Shown: positions 19,525-28,396, counted from the first letter of the stretch. The stretch: DNA of 64,000 nucleotides from an uncultured Nitrospiraceae bacterium (GCA_963706325.1 CAVPLT010000001.1:1120001-1184000); one strand, 5' to 3'. Translations and numbers: made by a program. The notes: generated by a model not told the origin, from the letters alone.

Positions 19525-20673
19525 TCAGGCTTCCGTAATAGTCGTCAGTGTCATGGTTTGATTGTGAAGATCGCACGCGCCGCTCTCGTAGGGAGAAATC
19601 TCACCGTAAGAGTAGAACCCGATCTGGCGGCTGCCTTGCGGAAGAATCTCGAGAGTCGCTTCGGTTTCCTCTTCCGATCGTTCGCCCAGGACCAACCGGC
19701 GTCCTACACAACTGATAGCGATGGAGAGGGTAGGACCGTCCGGGAGCCGTTCTTTGAGGCTATTTGTTGTGAGTGTGGCGGCATCGGAGGCGCCCTGAAT
19801 CAATCGATCAAAATTCGCGCGCATGAGCTGCGCGTACATACCTTGCGGAATATCCCCGGCGAAGGTCATGGATTGAGCGGCTTCGTCCACGGCTAAGATC
19901 GTGCGGACTAGACTTTTTCCCTCAGTCGGCGAGGTTCGAATCGCCAGGGGGAACAGAAGGCCTGTTGCAGGAAGGCCGGCCGCGCGGTCGCCTAGGTATT
20001 CCTTGTACAGGTGTAGCGCGGGACGGCCATCTAGTTCGTAGAGCACATGACCTCGTGATTTGGTGACCAGTCGTTCAGGTCCGAACTTGTCCCATCCCCC
20101 TTTGGACCCGTGTCCGACATGGACGTGATCGCCATAGAGGCCGACGGCGGTGACATAGCCGCTTTGAGGCGTGCGGTCCTTCAGAACCCATGTCCGCTTG
20201 AAGTGAGTCCCATCGCCGGCCAGCCCCCCCGTAATGACGGTGGTTCCGCCTAGACTTTCGTTTAGACCATTGACTAGTTCGCTGCCATTGACATGCAGGC
20301 CGTCCGACAACACCAGGATAGCGCGAAGCGAGGGCCGGTTTAGCTGAGAGGCAATCGCGGTTCCGGCGGCGTAAGAATCCTCCGGGTCCCGGGCGATGGC
20401 CTGGGCCATGCGGACGGGGGTTTTCTTGAATCGAACAGCGGCCACCACGAGGCTGTCATCTGAAATCTCACTGCCGTGAATTTCTCCTGCTGTTGAGCAG
20501 CCGATGACGTGACTCTGATGGCAAACGTCAAGCACCTGATGGATGCGGTTCGGTGTATCAAGAAGGCCGGATGAACCAAACAGCAGTACAAGTGTTTCCG
20601 GAGAATCCAGCTCGGCGAACGCCGAAGGAGCCCAGGCACTGTCGCTTTTAATGCAACTTGTTGCGACGTCCAT
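19525..20673 (-). CDS. FIST_N/FIST_C domain sensory protein (NosP-like)
   Basis: IGCSTAGEI, SDGL, GGLAGD, YELDGRPA, SCVGRR, GFYSYGEI, LHNQT are typical FIST motifs. Confidence 0.9.
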   Translation of the reverse strand: MDVATSCIKSDSAWAPSAFAELDSPETLVLLFGSSGLLDTPNRIHQVLDVCHQSHVIGCSTAGEIHGSEISDDSLVVAAVRFKKTPVRMAQAIARDPEDSYAAGTAIASQLNRPSLRAILVLSDGLHVNGSELVNGLNESLGGTTVITGGLAGDGTHFKRTWVLKDRTPQSGYVTAVGLYGDHVHVGHGSKGGWDKFGPERLVTKSRGHVLYELDGRPALHLYKEYLGDRAAGLPATGLLFPLAIRTSPTEGKSLVRTILAVDEAAQSMTFAGDIPQGMYAQLMRANFDRLIQGASDAATLTTNSLKERLPDGPTLSIAISCVGRRLVLGERSEEETEATLEILPQGSRQIGFYSYGEISPYESGACDLHNQTMTLTTITEA

Positions 20674-21263
20674 AGACGCATGCTCCTTCTAAGTCCCCAG
20701 TGACCGTTGCCAGATCACGGGTGTATCGCTGTGGATGAGCTGGTCGGCTCCGGGATTCGCTGCTGACTTTCGTAAGTAGATAGAGGCCTCTACAAGAGAC
20801 GTCGTCCTTACCAGACCTGCTCCGTCGGCCTATTGTGCCCATCAACTCTTTCAATGGAGTCCGAGCGCCGTGCCTCCGTATTTTCGATTCATGGAGCCCG
20901 TCCACCCGTGAGGGCTAGTCGAGGATTCTTCCTTCGGCATGGGAGGTATGCCAATGCCGCTGTCAGTGCCCTCAAGCCGTATCTCCCCTGGCTCCTCATC
21001 GACCGATCGCACTGAGGCGGGAATGCCTGCCTCTTAGGCTGTACTGCAAGGAAATGTCGTGAATGAAGCCATGTAGATCAAACGGTTATGTGATTCTTCC
21101 CGCTATCACGCCGTGATTGCTCATGAGGATTCTGGCCCGCCTGTATCGGTAGAAAACTCGTGAAACTAAAGAAAGAATGCGTGATGGGGAGATCTGGAAT
21201 TCGGCTGCAGGGATTTTGATGTGTGAACGTGGCAGCGATTGGTTATGCCGACGCGTGAGAAGG

Positions 21264-21962
21264 CTAGTGATGATGATGATGGCACTCAGGACCATGCACG
21301 TGCGATGGCTCTTGAGGCGGCGGAGTCAGTTGCCCCGGCAACACGATCCGGCCCGCTTCGTGTTGTTTGCTCAAATGTTCCGCAATCTCGGGGTGGAACG
21401 TTTTGACATAACCGATCATGCCGCTCAGGAAGCGCCGCGATTGGAAGTCTTGGCCGGAAAATTCTGAAATGAGCGCCAAGGCTCGATCCAGAATTTCTGG
21501 AGCAGAGCCCAGGTCGGCGATCTGTTGAGGGTTTTGTTTGGCGAAAGTGTCATATTCCCTCTTGAGCCGTTCGGCGAATACCGGCATAGGAGCCGACGGC
21601 ACATGCAAGGGGCTCAAGGTTCGGCGAAGGGCCTGGATGGCCGCAATGACTTCGGCATCCTGGCCGTCGCGCCGATCGTGAAAGTAACCGAACGTGACGA
21701 CCTCGATAAGGTTAAAGAACGCGGCGGCCTTCTCGCCGCCGGCGACGCTAAGTTGGCGATAGAGCTCTCGCCGCACGGGCGCGAACTGTTCGCCGAGCCG
21801 CTTTTGCTGGTAGTCGCTGCCCGTCTCGAGATAGGCGCAGTCTGGAGGGCAGGAGATTCTTGTCAGGCGATGCTCCCCGCAACATTGACTGCAGATGAGG
21901 CCGCTGAGGGCAGGGCAGGATCGTTTCCCCTTGCGCTGATGACAATGCACGCACTGGCTCAT
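21264..21962 (-). CDS. Hypothetical protein with N-terminal Cys-rich (zinc-binding-like) domain and His-rich C-terminus
   Basis: CVHC...C...CSQCC...CPPDC at the N-terminus; ends HVHGPECHHHHH; ATGA overlap with the upstream gene. Confidence 0.8.
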   Translation of the reverse strand: MSQCVHCHQRKGKRSCPALSGLICSQCCGEHRLTRISCPPDCAYLETGSDYQQKRLGEQFAPVRRELYRQLSVAGGEKAAAFFNLIEVVTFGYFHDRRDGQDAEVIAAIQALRRTLSPLHVPSAPMPVFAERLKREYDTFAKQNPQQIADLGSAPEILDRALALISEFSGQDFQSRRFLSGMIGYVKTFHPEIAEHLSKQHEAGRIVLPGQLTPPPQEPSHVHGPECHHHHH

Positions 21963-22993
21963 TTTGCTGGCGACCCTTTCTTTTCCGATTTCAGGGGCTC
22001 GACGAATCCATAGTCCGCCAGCGTGCGTTTCGCTCGGTCGGCCGAGGAGGAGGCTGTGGGCGATTCGAGTCCGTTGACCTCCGCCGCGTTGGAGTCCTGG
22101 TAGGGAACAAGGATCAAGTGATTCGCGCGGTCGATACCCAGATCCGTGGGTGACGGAAGGTATTCGGCGATGACCTGAAATTTCTTATCGGGCCCCATCC
22201 GCCAGATTTTCCCCTTGGTCGCGTCCGCCACATACATGCTGCCCCAACGATCGAAATCTACCCCGCTCAGATTCTGAAAACGGGCGGTGAAAAAGCCGTT
22301 CGAGACTAGCTCCGTGAGGGCTCCTTCGGGCGTGATGTCAAAGATTTTCCCGGAATCATAACTGACCACCACGACATGTCCGGTCTTGGGATGCACGGCG
22401 ACTCCTGACGGACCGGCCAAATGACTGCCGGACACATAGAGTGAGAGGGGCAATGCCGGTGTGAGATCCAGGCGGTAGATGGCGTTGCCGAGCAGATCGG
22501 CGAGATACAAATGGCCCTGGCCATCGGCGGCCACATCGACCAGAGACTGGGGCGAATCGGCGTTGGTCGGGCGCGGGAGCACGACGGAGGAGAGAGGTTT
22601 CCCAGTTGTCTTATCGAAGGCGCGAAGCGTATCCAAGTCCGTGACATACAGTACGTGATCGACGACCGCCATGCCTTTGGGCGCGTGGAGCGTGACGTCC
22701 CCGCGGCCACCTTCAATGAACTTGAAGGCCGTGATGCGTCCGTCGTCGCTGAGCTTGGTAATGAATCCGTTATTGTCGCGAGCCTCAGATTCCCCATTGA
22801 TGTTGGAAATAAAATACGAATTCGACACTGGATCAGCGAGGAAGCTGTGGGGGGCTTCCAATCCGCTGACCTGAAGGGCCGCGGCGATCGACCCCTGAAG
22901 CAGGACCCCAATCGTCCCCCAAACAGCCAGTCTGATCCAGCGGCGGCTCATTGTCCGACTAAAGACCCTGTGAAAACTGGAGTTGGAAATCAT
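21959..22993 (-). CDS. Exported beta-propeller protein (SMP-30/gluconolactonase/NHL-like)
   Basis: Signal peptide; YFISNING, LHAPKGM, LYVTD and LYLAD repeats. Confidence 0.75.
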   Translation of the reverse strand: MISNSSFHRVFSRTMSRRWIRLAVWGTIGVLLQGSIAAALQVSGLEAPHSFLADPVSNSYFISNINGESEARDNNGFITKLSDDGRITAFKFIEGGRGDVTLHAPKGMAVVDHVLYVTDLDTLRAFDKTTGKPLSSVVLPRPTNADSPQSLVDVAADGQGHLYLADLLGNAIYRLDLTPALPLSLYVSGSHLAGPSGVAVHPKTGHVVVVSYDSGKIFDITPEGALTELVSNGFFTARFQNLSGVDFDRWGSMYVADATKGKIWRMGPDKKFQVIAEYLPSPTDLGIDRANHLILVPYQDSNAAEVNGLESPTASSSADRAKRTLADYGFVEPLKSEKKGSPAK

Positions 22994-23178
22994 GCAAGAC
23001 GGTATCGCACAGAAGATTCTGTGACTGCATCGTAGCCAAGGGTCTCAGAGACTGTCAAGGAAGCCACGCATTACCATGAGGAATAACGATTCTAGATCAG
23101 CGGCAGCGGCATGAAACGAGGGTCTCACGTGCCGATCTCCATCAGGCTTGCGGGCGGTTCTTCCATGGCTCCTCAGCG

Positions 23179-23208
23179 TTGACTTGTTGAAAAATTGCCT
23201 GCTATGGT
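23179..23208 (+). promoter_or_regulatory. Putative sigma70 promoter of folD-metF-panB
   Basis: TTGACT 23179-23184, 18-bp spacer, TGc-TATGGT (-10 at 23203-23208). Confidence 0.5.
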
Positions 23209-23251
23209 GCCCTGACTTTTTCTTGCTCATGTTCAGTTCAGGGAGGATATT

Positions 23252-24112
23252 GTGGCTGCACGAATCATTGATGGGAAAGCGTTGGCCCAACAAGTCCGTG
23301 AAGGGCTCGCCAAGGAGTCCGCGGCCGTGTTGGCCAAGACAGGCATGAAGCCGGGATTGGCCACCATTTTGGTGGGTGATGACCCTGCCTCGCATCTCTA
23401 TGTCAAAAGCAAACAAAAGGCCTGCGATGCGGCGGGGATTTACATTGATGATTCGAAATTGCCGGCCAACACGACCCAGGCGGATCTGCTGACATTGATT
23501 TCCCAGAAAAATGCCGATCCCAAGATTCACGGTATACTCGTTCAGCTGCCACTGCCCAAACATATCGATAGCAAGGTTGTGCTTGACGCTGTCTCCGCTC
23601 AGAAAGATGCCGATGGATTCCATCCCTATAATTTCGGCCGCCTCGTAGAAGGCAGTCCTATTTTTGAAGCCTGCACGCCCAAAGGGGTCATCAAGATGAT
23701 CGAGTCGACCGGGGTGTCGATCGAGGGCAAGCGGGCCGTTGTGCTGGGACGCAGCAATATTGTCGGCAAACCGCTCGCGCTGATGTTGCTTCATCGCAAT
23801 GCCACGGTCACGATCTGTCACTCGAAGACCAAGGATCTGCCGGCAGTCTGCCGCGAGGCCGAGCTCTTGCTGGTGGCGATCGGGAAAGCCCAATTCGTCA
23901 CAGCCGACATGGTGAAAGAAGGAGCCGTGGTGATTGATGTGGGGACGAATCGCCTTCCGGACGGGAAGGTGGTCGGGGATGTCGACTTTGAGTCGGTCAG
24001 CCAAAAGGCCGGATGGATCAGCCCGGTTCCCGGCGGAGTGGGACCCATGACGATTGCGATGTTGCTCGACAATACCGTTGAATCTGCTAAGAGAATGGCA
24101 GGGATGAAATAG
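23252..24112 (+). CDS. folD: Bifunctional methylene-THF dehydrogenase/cyclohydrolase
   Basis: IIDGK, YVKSK, ILVQLPLP, KDADGF, CTPKG, GRSNIVGKP, VPGGVGPMT. Confidence 0.97.
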   Translation: MAARIIDGKALAQQVREGLAKESAAVLAKTGMKPGLATILVGDDPASHLYVKSKQKACDAAGIYIDDSKLPANTTQADLLTLISQKNADPKIHGILVQLPLPKHIDSKVVLDAVSAQKDADGFHPYNFGRLVEGSPIFEACTPKGVIKMIESTGVSIEGKRAVVLGRSNIVGKPLALMLLHRNATVTICHSKTKDLPAVCREAELLLVAIGKAQFVTADMVKEGAVVIDVGTNRLPDGKVVGDVDFESVSQKAGWISPVPGGVGPMTIAMLLDNTVESAKRMAGMK

Positions 24113-24168
24113 GGTAAGGGTAGGACGTGAAGTAGAAGGAGATGACCACACATGCGTAGGAGACCTAG

Positions 24169-25059
24169 ATGACCCCGGAGCCGCGGCGACTCAAAGACGT
24201 CTTGGCGCAAGGACAGTTTGCCGTGACGGTGGAATATAACCCGCCGAAGGGCACGAACCTCACTCATGTGGTGGAGAGTGCCAAGGCGCTCGTTGGCCGG
24301 GTCCACGGAGTCAATGTAACCGACAATACCGCTGCCATTGTGCGCGCCGGATCTTTGCCGGTCTGTCGCATATTGTATGAGCTGGGGCATGACCCGGTAA
24401 TGCAGCTGACATGTAGGGATCGTAATCGTATCGCCATGCAATCCGATCTCATGGGCGCGCATATGCTCGGCATTCGGAACATTCTCTGTCTCACGGGGGA
24501 CTATCCGACTGTCGGAGACCACAAAGACGCGAAGCCGGTGTACGATTTGGATTCCGTGCAGGTCATGCAGTTGGTGCAAGGATTGAATCAGGGCAAGGAC
24601 TATGCGGGCAATAAGCTGGACGGGTCTACCGCCTTCACGATCGGCGGTGCCGTCACGCCGGAGGCCGATCCGTTAGGTCCCATGCTGGTGAAGTTTGAGG
24701 TCAAGGTGCGGGCCGGAGTGGATTTTTTTCAGACCCAGGCAATTTATCAGCCGGAACAGTTCAGGACGTTCATGGAGGCAGTGCGTCCCTTTAAACGGAA
24801 GGTGCTCGCCGGAATTCTGCTGTTACGCAGCGCGAAGATGGCGGAATTCATGAATGCCAACATTCCGGGCGTGTGCGTACCACCGGAAATGATTGATGAA
24901 ATGCGCGCAGCGGGCGACAAGCGGGCCTTGGACGCGGGCGTGGAGATCGCCGTGCGAACGATCAAAGCCGTACGTCCGTACTGCGATGGGGTGCATATCA
25001 TGGCCATCAAGGCCACCGAGCGGTTGCCGGAGATTCTCACGAAAGCGGAACTCGGGTGA
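24169..25059 (+). CDS. metF: Methylenetetrahydrofolate reductase large subunit (MetF of the MetVF type)
   Basis: NVTDN, QLTCRDRN, CLTGD, FFQTQ, GVHIM. Confidence 0.9.
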   Translation: MTPEPRRLKDVLAQGQFAVTVEYNPPKGTNLTHVVESAKALVGRVHGVNVTDNTAAIVRAGSLPVCRILYELGHDPVMQLTCRDRNRIAMQSDLMGAHMLGIRNILCLTGDYPTVGDHKDAKPVYDLDSVQVMQLVQGLNQGKDYAGNKLDGSTAFTIGGAVTPEADPLGPMLVKFEVKVRAGVDFFQTQAIYQPEQFRTFMEAVRPFKRKVLAGILLLRSAKMAEFMNANIPGVCVPPEMIDEMRAAGDKRALDAGVEIAVRTIKAVRPYCDGVHIMAIKATERLPEILTKAELG

Positions 25060-25847
25060 TGACTGTCCCGGACTTGCAGCAGTGCAAGCGCGAGAAACGG
25101 AAGATCACGGTCGTAACGGCCTACGATGCGCTGTTCACCCGAATCATCGAACAGGCAGGGATCGACGTCATTTTGGTGGGAGATTCTCTCGGTGTGGTGG
25201 TTCAGGGCAAGGCCAACACATTGTCGGTTACCATGCAGGAGATGCTGTACCATACCCAGCTGGTAGCCGGAGCTGCTCAGCAATCCCTTGTGATTGGAGA
25301 CATGCCGTTCATGTCTTATCAGGCCAGCGCGGATGACGCCTTACGAAATGCCGGACGATTTCTCCAGGCCGGCGCGACCGCCGTGAAGATGGAAGGAGGA
25401 GCGGCGATGGTTGATCGGGTGGCCGCGGTGACAAGAATCGGCATCCCCGTCGTCGGTCATCTTGGGATGACACCGCAGTCCGTCCACCAGTACGGCGGGT
25501 TCAAAGTACAGGGGAAGGACAAGGACCAGGCCCAGCAGATTCTGAAGGATGCGCAAGCGTTGGAAGCGGCGGGTGCCGTGGCGATTGTGCTGGAGGCGAT
25601 TCCAACTGGGTTGGCGAAGGCTGTAACCGGGTCTATCGCTATTCCAACCATCGGTATCGGTGCGGGGACTCACTGCGATGGTCAAGTGCTGGTGCTGTAC
25701 GATGTGCTGGGACTCTTCGACGAGTTCATCCCAAAGTTCGTGAAGCCGTATGCCCACCTCAAAGCCGATGCTGTGGAAGCCCTGCGTCGTTATAAAACAG
25801 ATGTCGAACAGGGGACATTTCCTTCTGACTCCGAAAGTTATCACTAG
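25056..25847 (+). CDS. panB: 3-methyl-2-oxobutanoate hydroxymethyltransferase
   Basis: TAYD, LVGDSLG, DMPFMSY, GHLGMTPQS, IGIGAG, DGQVLV. Confidence 0.97.
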   Translation: MMTVPDLQQCKREKRKITVVTAYDALFTRIIEQAGIDVILVGDSLGVVVQGKANTLSVTMQEMLYHTQLVAGAAQQSLVIGDMPFMSYQASADDALRNAGRFLQAGATAVKMEGGAAMVDRVAAVTRIGIPVVGHLGMTPQSVHQYGGFKVQGKDKDQAQQILKDAQALEAAGAVAIVLEAIPTGLAKAVTGSIAIPTIGIGAGTHCDGQVLVLYDVLGLFDEFIPKFVKPYAHLKADAVEALRRYKTDVEQGTFPSDSESYH

Positions 25848-25895
25848 AAGGTGCTGAAAAAGGCCCCGTCTTCGTTCTCGGCTCGAAATCACTCC
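25848..25895. repeat. Possible degenerate end of a Nitrospira-type dispersed (MITE/REP-like) repeat
   Basis: AGGTGCTGAAAAAGGCC..CTTCGTTCTCG resembles the end of a short intergenic repeat I recall from Nitrospira genomes; no second copy or partner end in this window. Confidence 0.25.
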
Positions 25896-25951
25896 TGAAC
25901 ATAGCCAGTGGCTCGGCTGACACTGATGAGCAATCTGAAAATTTGCTGATC

Positions 25952-26512
25952 CTACAATGCCACATGTGGCGCTCGTGAGGGCGCGCTTATCGATCGAGCG
26001 TGCGTATGGTCGTCTAACCGAATGCGTACCCATGCCCGGTTGTTGCTCTGCACCCACAATGCGATGTCCTGGGCAAAGGTTGCCGCATCTAAGCCCATGT
26101 AGTGGGCAGGATTGTTCAGCAGGCGCAGAAGCCCACTGCGGACAAGTTTTTTTGCGGCAGCTTCATTCCCAAGCGCTCGCTTGAGATTGGCTCCAGCGAG
26201 TTGAATAAGGCCTTGAAAGAAGTTCCCTGCCACGGTCGTGTGTCCGGACGCATGCCACAACCCTTCAAAGACCTCGTGTGATTCCCACCAATAGGCAAAG
26301 TTGTAAAGATCTACGGCATGAAGGTAATCTTCCGAAGCTGCCCACTCATCGTGCTTGAATGGGAGCGGGCGCGGCTCCGGCTGGCGAAAGGAGTGGCCCT
26401 GTGAATGTCGACGCGGGTGCGGAGTCTGCCCAGGGATGAATCGGTAGGTGGGAAAATCCCGGGTGCCATAACGGCACTGGTCAATCGGAACGAGCGGGTC
26501 ATCGCCTTCCAC
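25952..26512 (-). CDS. DUF309 domain protein
   Basis: LYN..YWWESHEVFEGLW and FQGLIQLA motifs; GTG at 26512 after GAGGA, overlapping the apaH end. Confidence 0.8.
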   Translation of the reverse strand: MEGDDPLVPIDQCRYGTRDFPTYRFIPGQTPHPRRHSQGHSFRQPEPRPLPFKHDEWAASEDYLHAVDLYNFAYWWESHEVFEGLWHASGHTTVAGNFFQGLIQLAGANLKRALGNEAAAKKLVRSGLLRLLNNPAHYMGLDAATFAQDIALWVQSNNRAWVRIRLDDHTHARSISAPSRAPHVAL

Positions 26513-27317
26513 GAGTATCCTCGCAGGAAACCTGAAACACACGACGGTCTTCCAAGCATATCGCGGTGAGGTGTCGTCCGTAGACACAGCCGCTGTCCAA
26601 TGCCAACAGATTTGGCGTGATGTGAAGACCCATGGCTGCCCAATGCCCATACACCATGGTGGCTGTGGCGCTTCTTCTCGAGGAAATACTGAACCAAGGG
26701 TGAAACCCTTCCGGCGTCAACTCCGGTGGCCCGGAGAAGGACGATTCCATGACGCCGGAGACCGAACAGGCCCTTAGTCGAGTCAACACTTTCATAATGC
26801 TGGCAAAACGGACGGGACCGGTCAAATCTGGGGCCCATTGCAAATAATCGTCGGGATGAAGCGCGCGCAAGGTGGCTACGTACTGCTCTCCGCGAAGCGC
26901 GGTCTCCGCTTCCTTCGCCAGTTGTTGAGCATCCTCAATGGTCCATTGCGGCAAGAGCCCGGCATGGACCAACACCCACTCACCTTCGCGATGGAGCAGC
27001 GGCTGCCGTCTGAGCCAGGCGAGGAGTTCATCGCGATCCGAGCTTTCCAAGACTTGCGCAATCGTATCGCTTCGTCGAAGCGTGGACACTCCTGCGGCGA
27101 CTGAGATGAGGAAGAGATCGTGGTTGCCGAGGACTGTGGTGGCGGCAGGACCAAGATCTTTTATGTATCGCAGAACGTGAAGTGAATCCGGACCTCGATT
27201 AACGAGGTCTCCTGTGAACCAGAGACGGTCACGTTGAGGATTGAATCGAACTACCTGTGTGAGTCGTTGCAGGGAAGTGTAGCAGCCTTGTATATCGCCG
27301 ATTGCATAAGTTGCCAT
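26499..27317 (-). CDS. apaH: Symmetrical bis(5'-nucleosyl)-tetraphosphatase
   Basis: MATYAIGDIQGC, GDLVNRGPDS, VLGNHD, VHAG, GHWAA, LDSGCVYG. Confidence 0.96.
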   Translation of the reverse strand: MATYAIGDIQGCYTSLQRLTQVVRFNPQRDRLWFTGDLVNRGPDSLHVLRYIKDLGPAATTVLGNHDLFLISVAAGVSTLRRSDTIAQVLESSDRDELLAWLRRQPLLHREGEWVLVHAGLLPQWTIEDAQQLAKEAETALRGEQYVATLRALHPDDYLQWAPDLTGPVRFASIMKVLTRLRACSVSGVMESSFSGPPELTPEGFHPWFSISSRRSATATMVYGHWAAMGLHITPNLLALDSGCVYGRHLTAICLEDRRVFQVSCEDTRGRR

Positions 27318-27419
27318 AGGTCCCCAGACTAGCGCGGATGGCACCTCTGCGCAACCCACGTGGTAGCGAAGGATCGGTTTAATTGGCCTGCCGGGATACG
27401 TCGAAAGCCATCAGCCATC

Positions 27420-27939
27420 AGATGGAAGTTTGGACAGGATAAGCAATGTCTTGCGCAGGCCTGCAGCTCCTTTCCATGACCGCAAAGGCGTGCGTCACGG
27501 GCCTGAGTGAGCTGTGTCTGCTGTTCCGCGCCTGCAGATGAGCGATAACAATCAGGCTGTCTGGTGAGACAGGGAGCCAATTGCAACATTCCGGACAGCC
27601 TGAGCAGGTATATTCCTGAGTGGAAGAGCAGCCTACTCGAGTTATCGCTCAAGCTCGAAAGCCTAGGCGCATCCTGATCACACTCAGAATCTGTGCATCA
27701 ATACGGCAATATGGCGCATATGACCAATGGTTCCGGCCTGTGGGTATGGCTAGTCAAGATCTGAACGGAATAGGCCACGAGCCGTAGTCTTCCTGTACTA
27801 TCTTGCCCTGTCGGAAATTGGCAATATAACTGAAAGTGCATGTGACGAAGCGGGGCATGCAAATAGGCGGCGACTCCTAATGGCAAACATTGTGGGAAGT
27901 ATCTTGGAAAACGGAGATCCCGAATGAAGACTCGCCGCC
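27420..27939 (+). ncRNA. Candidate large structured noncoding RNA (family unknown; boundaries approximate)
   Basis: Many mutually compatible nested helices, including an 11-bp perfect one (27539-27549/27641-27651), a 13-bp one (27552-27564/27591-27603) and an 8-bp one (27866-27873/27932-27939); no credible ORF. See findings. Confidence 0.5.
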
Positions 27940-27970
27940 GGGACGCCGAGCACTGGTTGGAAGCGCTGGG

Positions 27971-28396
27971 TTATCGGTACCGTGCTTCAATCTTGCTCGA
28001 CAATCCGCCACGCGCAGTAAAGTCGCCTGTGACACGGGCCCAGACTGGACGGCAGGCTTGGACGACATCCTCCAGGATACGATTCACTGCATTTTCGTAA
28101 AAGATCCCTAGGTTTCTGTAGGCGTGGATATACATTTTGAGTGCCTTGAGTTCGAGGCATTGCTTGTCAGGCATATAGTGGAGTGTGATTACTCCAAAAT
28201 CAGGCAGGTTGGTCTTCGGGCAAATTGCAGTGTATTCGGGAATAACGACCGTAATTTCGTATCCCTTGTATTGGTTGGGAAACGTTTCGATTTCAGGGAG
28301 CGGGCTAGAAATTCCGCTTGTAGCGTGGCTCAGATTATACCCAAGCTTGGTTGTTGCTGTACTCCTTCTTTTCCCCACCTCCTTACCCTTCACCAT
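27971..28396 (-). CDS. queF: NADPH-dependent 7-cyano-7-deazaguanine (preQ0) reductase, unimodular type
   Basis: CPKTNLPDFG (catalytic Cys/Asp), QueF motif ELKALKMY, FTARGG. Confidence 0.93.
   Translation of the reverse strand: MVKGKEVGKRRSTATTKLGYNLSHATSGISSPLPEIETFPNQYKGYEITVVIPEYTAICPKTNLPDFGVITLHYMPDKQCLELKALKMYIHAYRNLGIFYENAVNRILEDVVQACRPVWARVTGDFTARGGLSSKIEARYR

Noticed and set aside
23045..24151. Long antisense ORFs (e.g. 368 aa opposite folD; also 306 aa opposite sucC and 257 aa opposite aclA)
   Set aside because: Shadow frames of well-conserved GC-rich genes with no protein-like motifs.
25923..25940. Hammerhead-like CTGATGA...GAAA
   Set aside because: No stem II can form between the motifs, and no flanking stems I/III were found.
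27339..27445. Sigma54 promoters (TGGCAC at 27339; TGGACA at 27431)
   Set aside because: The GG-to-GC spacing is one base short of the strict -24/-12 geometry.
27534..27660. Hammerhead, SAM-I, NiCo or c-di-GMP-I matches inside the candidate RNA
   Set aside because: Only fragments match (CAGATGA..GAAA, AGATGAG, CTGAGCAGG; also GGCAAAC near 27882); the remaining required core nucleotides are absent.
27503..27687. 6S RNA (185-nt hairpin-like arm)
   Set aside because: The size fits, but the apex is a multi-branch junction rather than a rod with a central bubble, and I see no 6S-like conserved segments. Not formally excluded without cmscan.
27490..27800. Group II intron (GTGCG at 27490; GAGCCGTA at about 27779)
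   Set aside because: The GAGCCGTA segment has no complementary 3' strand to form domain V, there is no domain VI or RT ORF, and no interrupted gene.
27329..28111. Short ORFs (27329-27652, 27698-27886, 27877-28068, 27890-28111) as genes
   Set aside because: No RBS, no recognisable motifs, non-ATG starts or overlap with queF; treated as chance frames.
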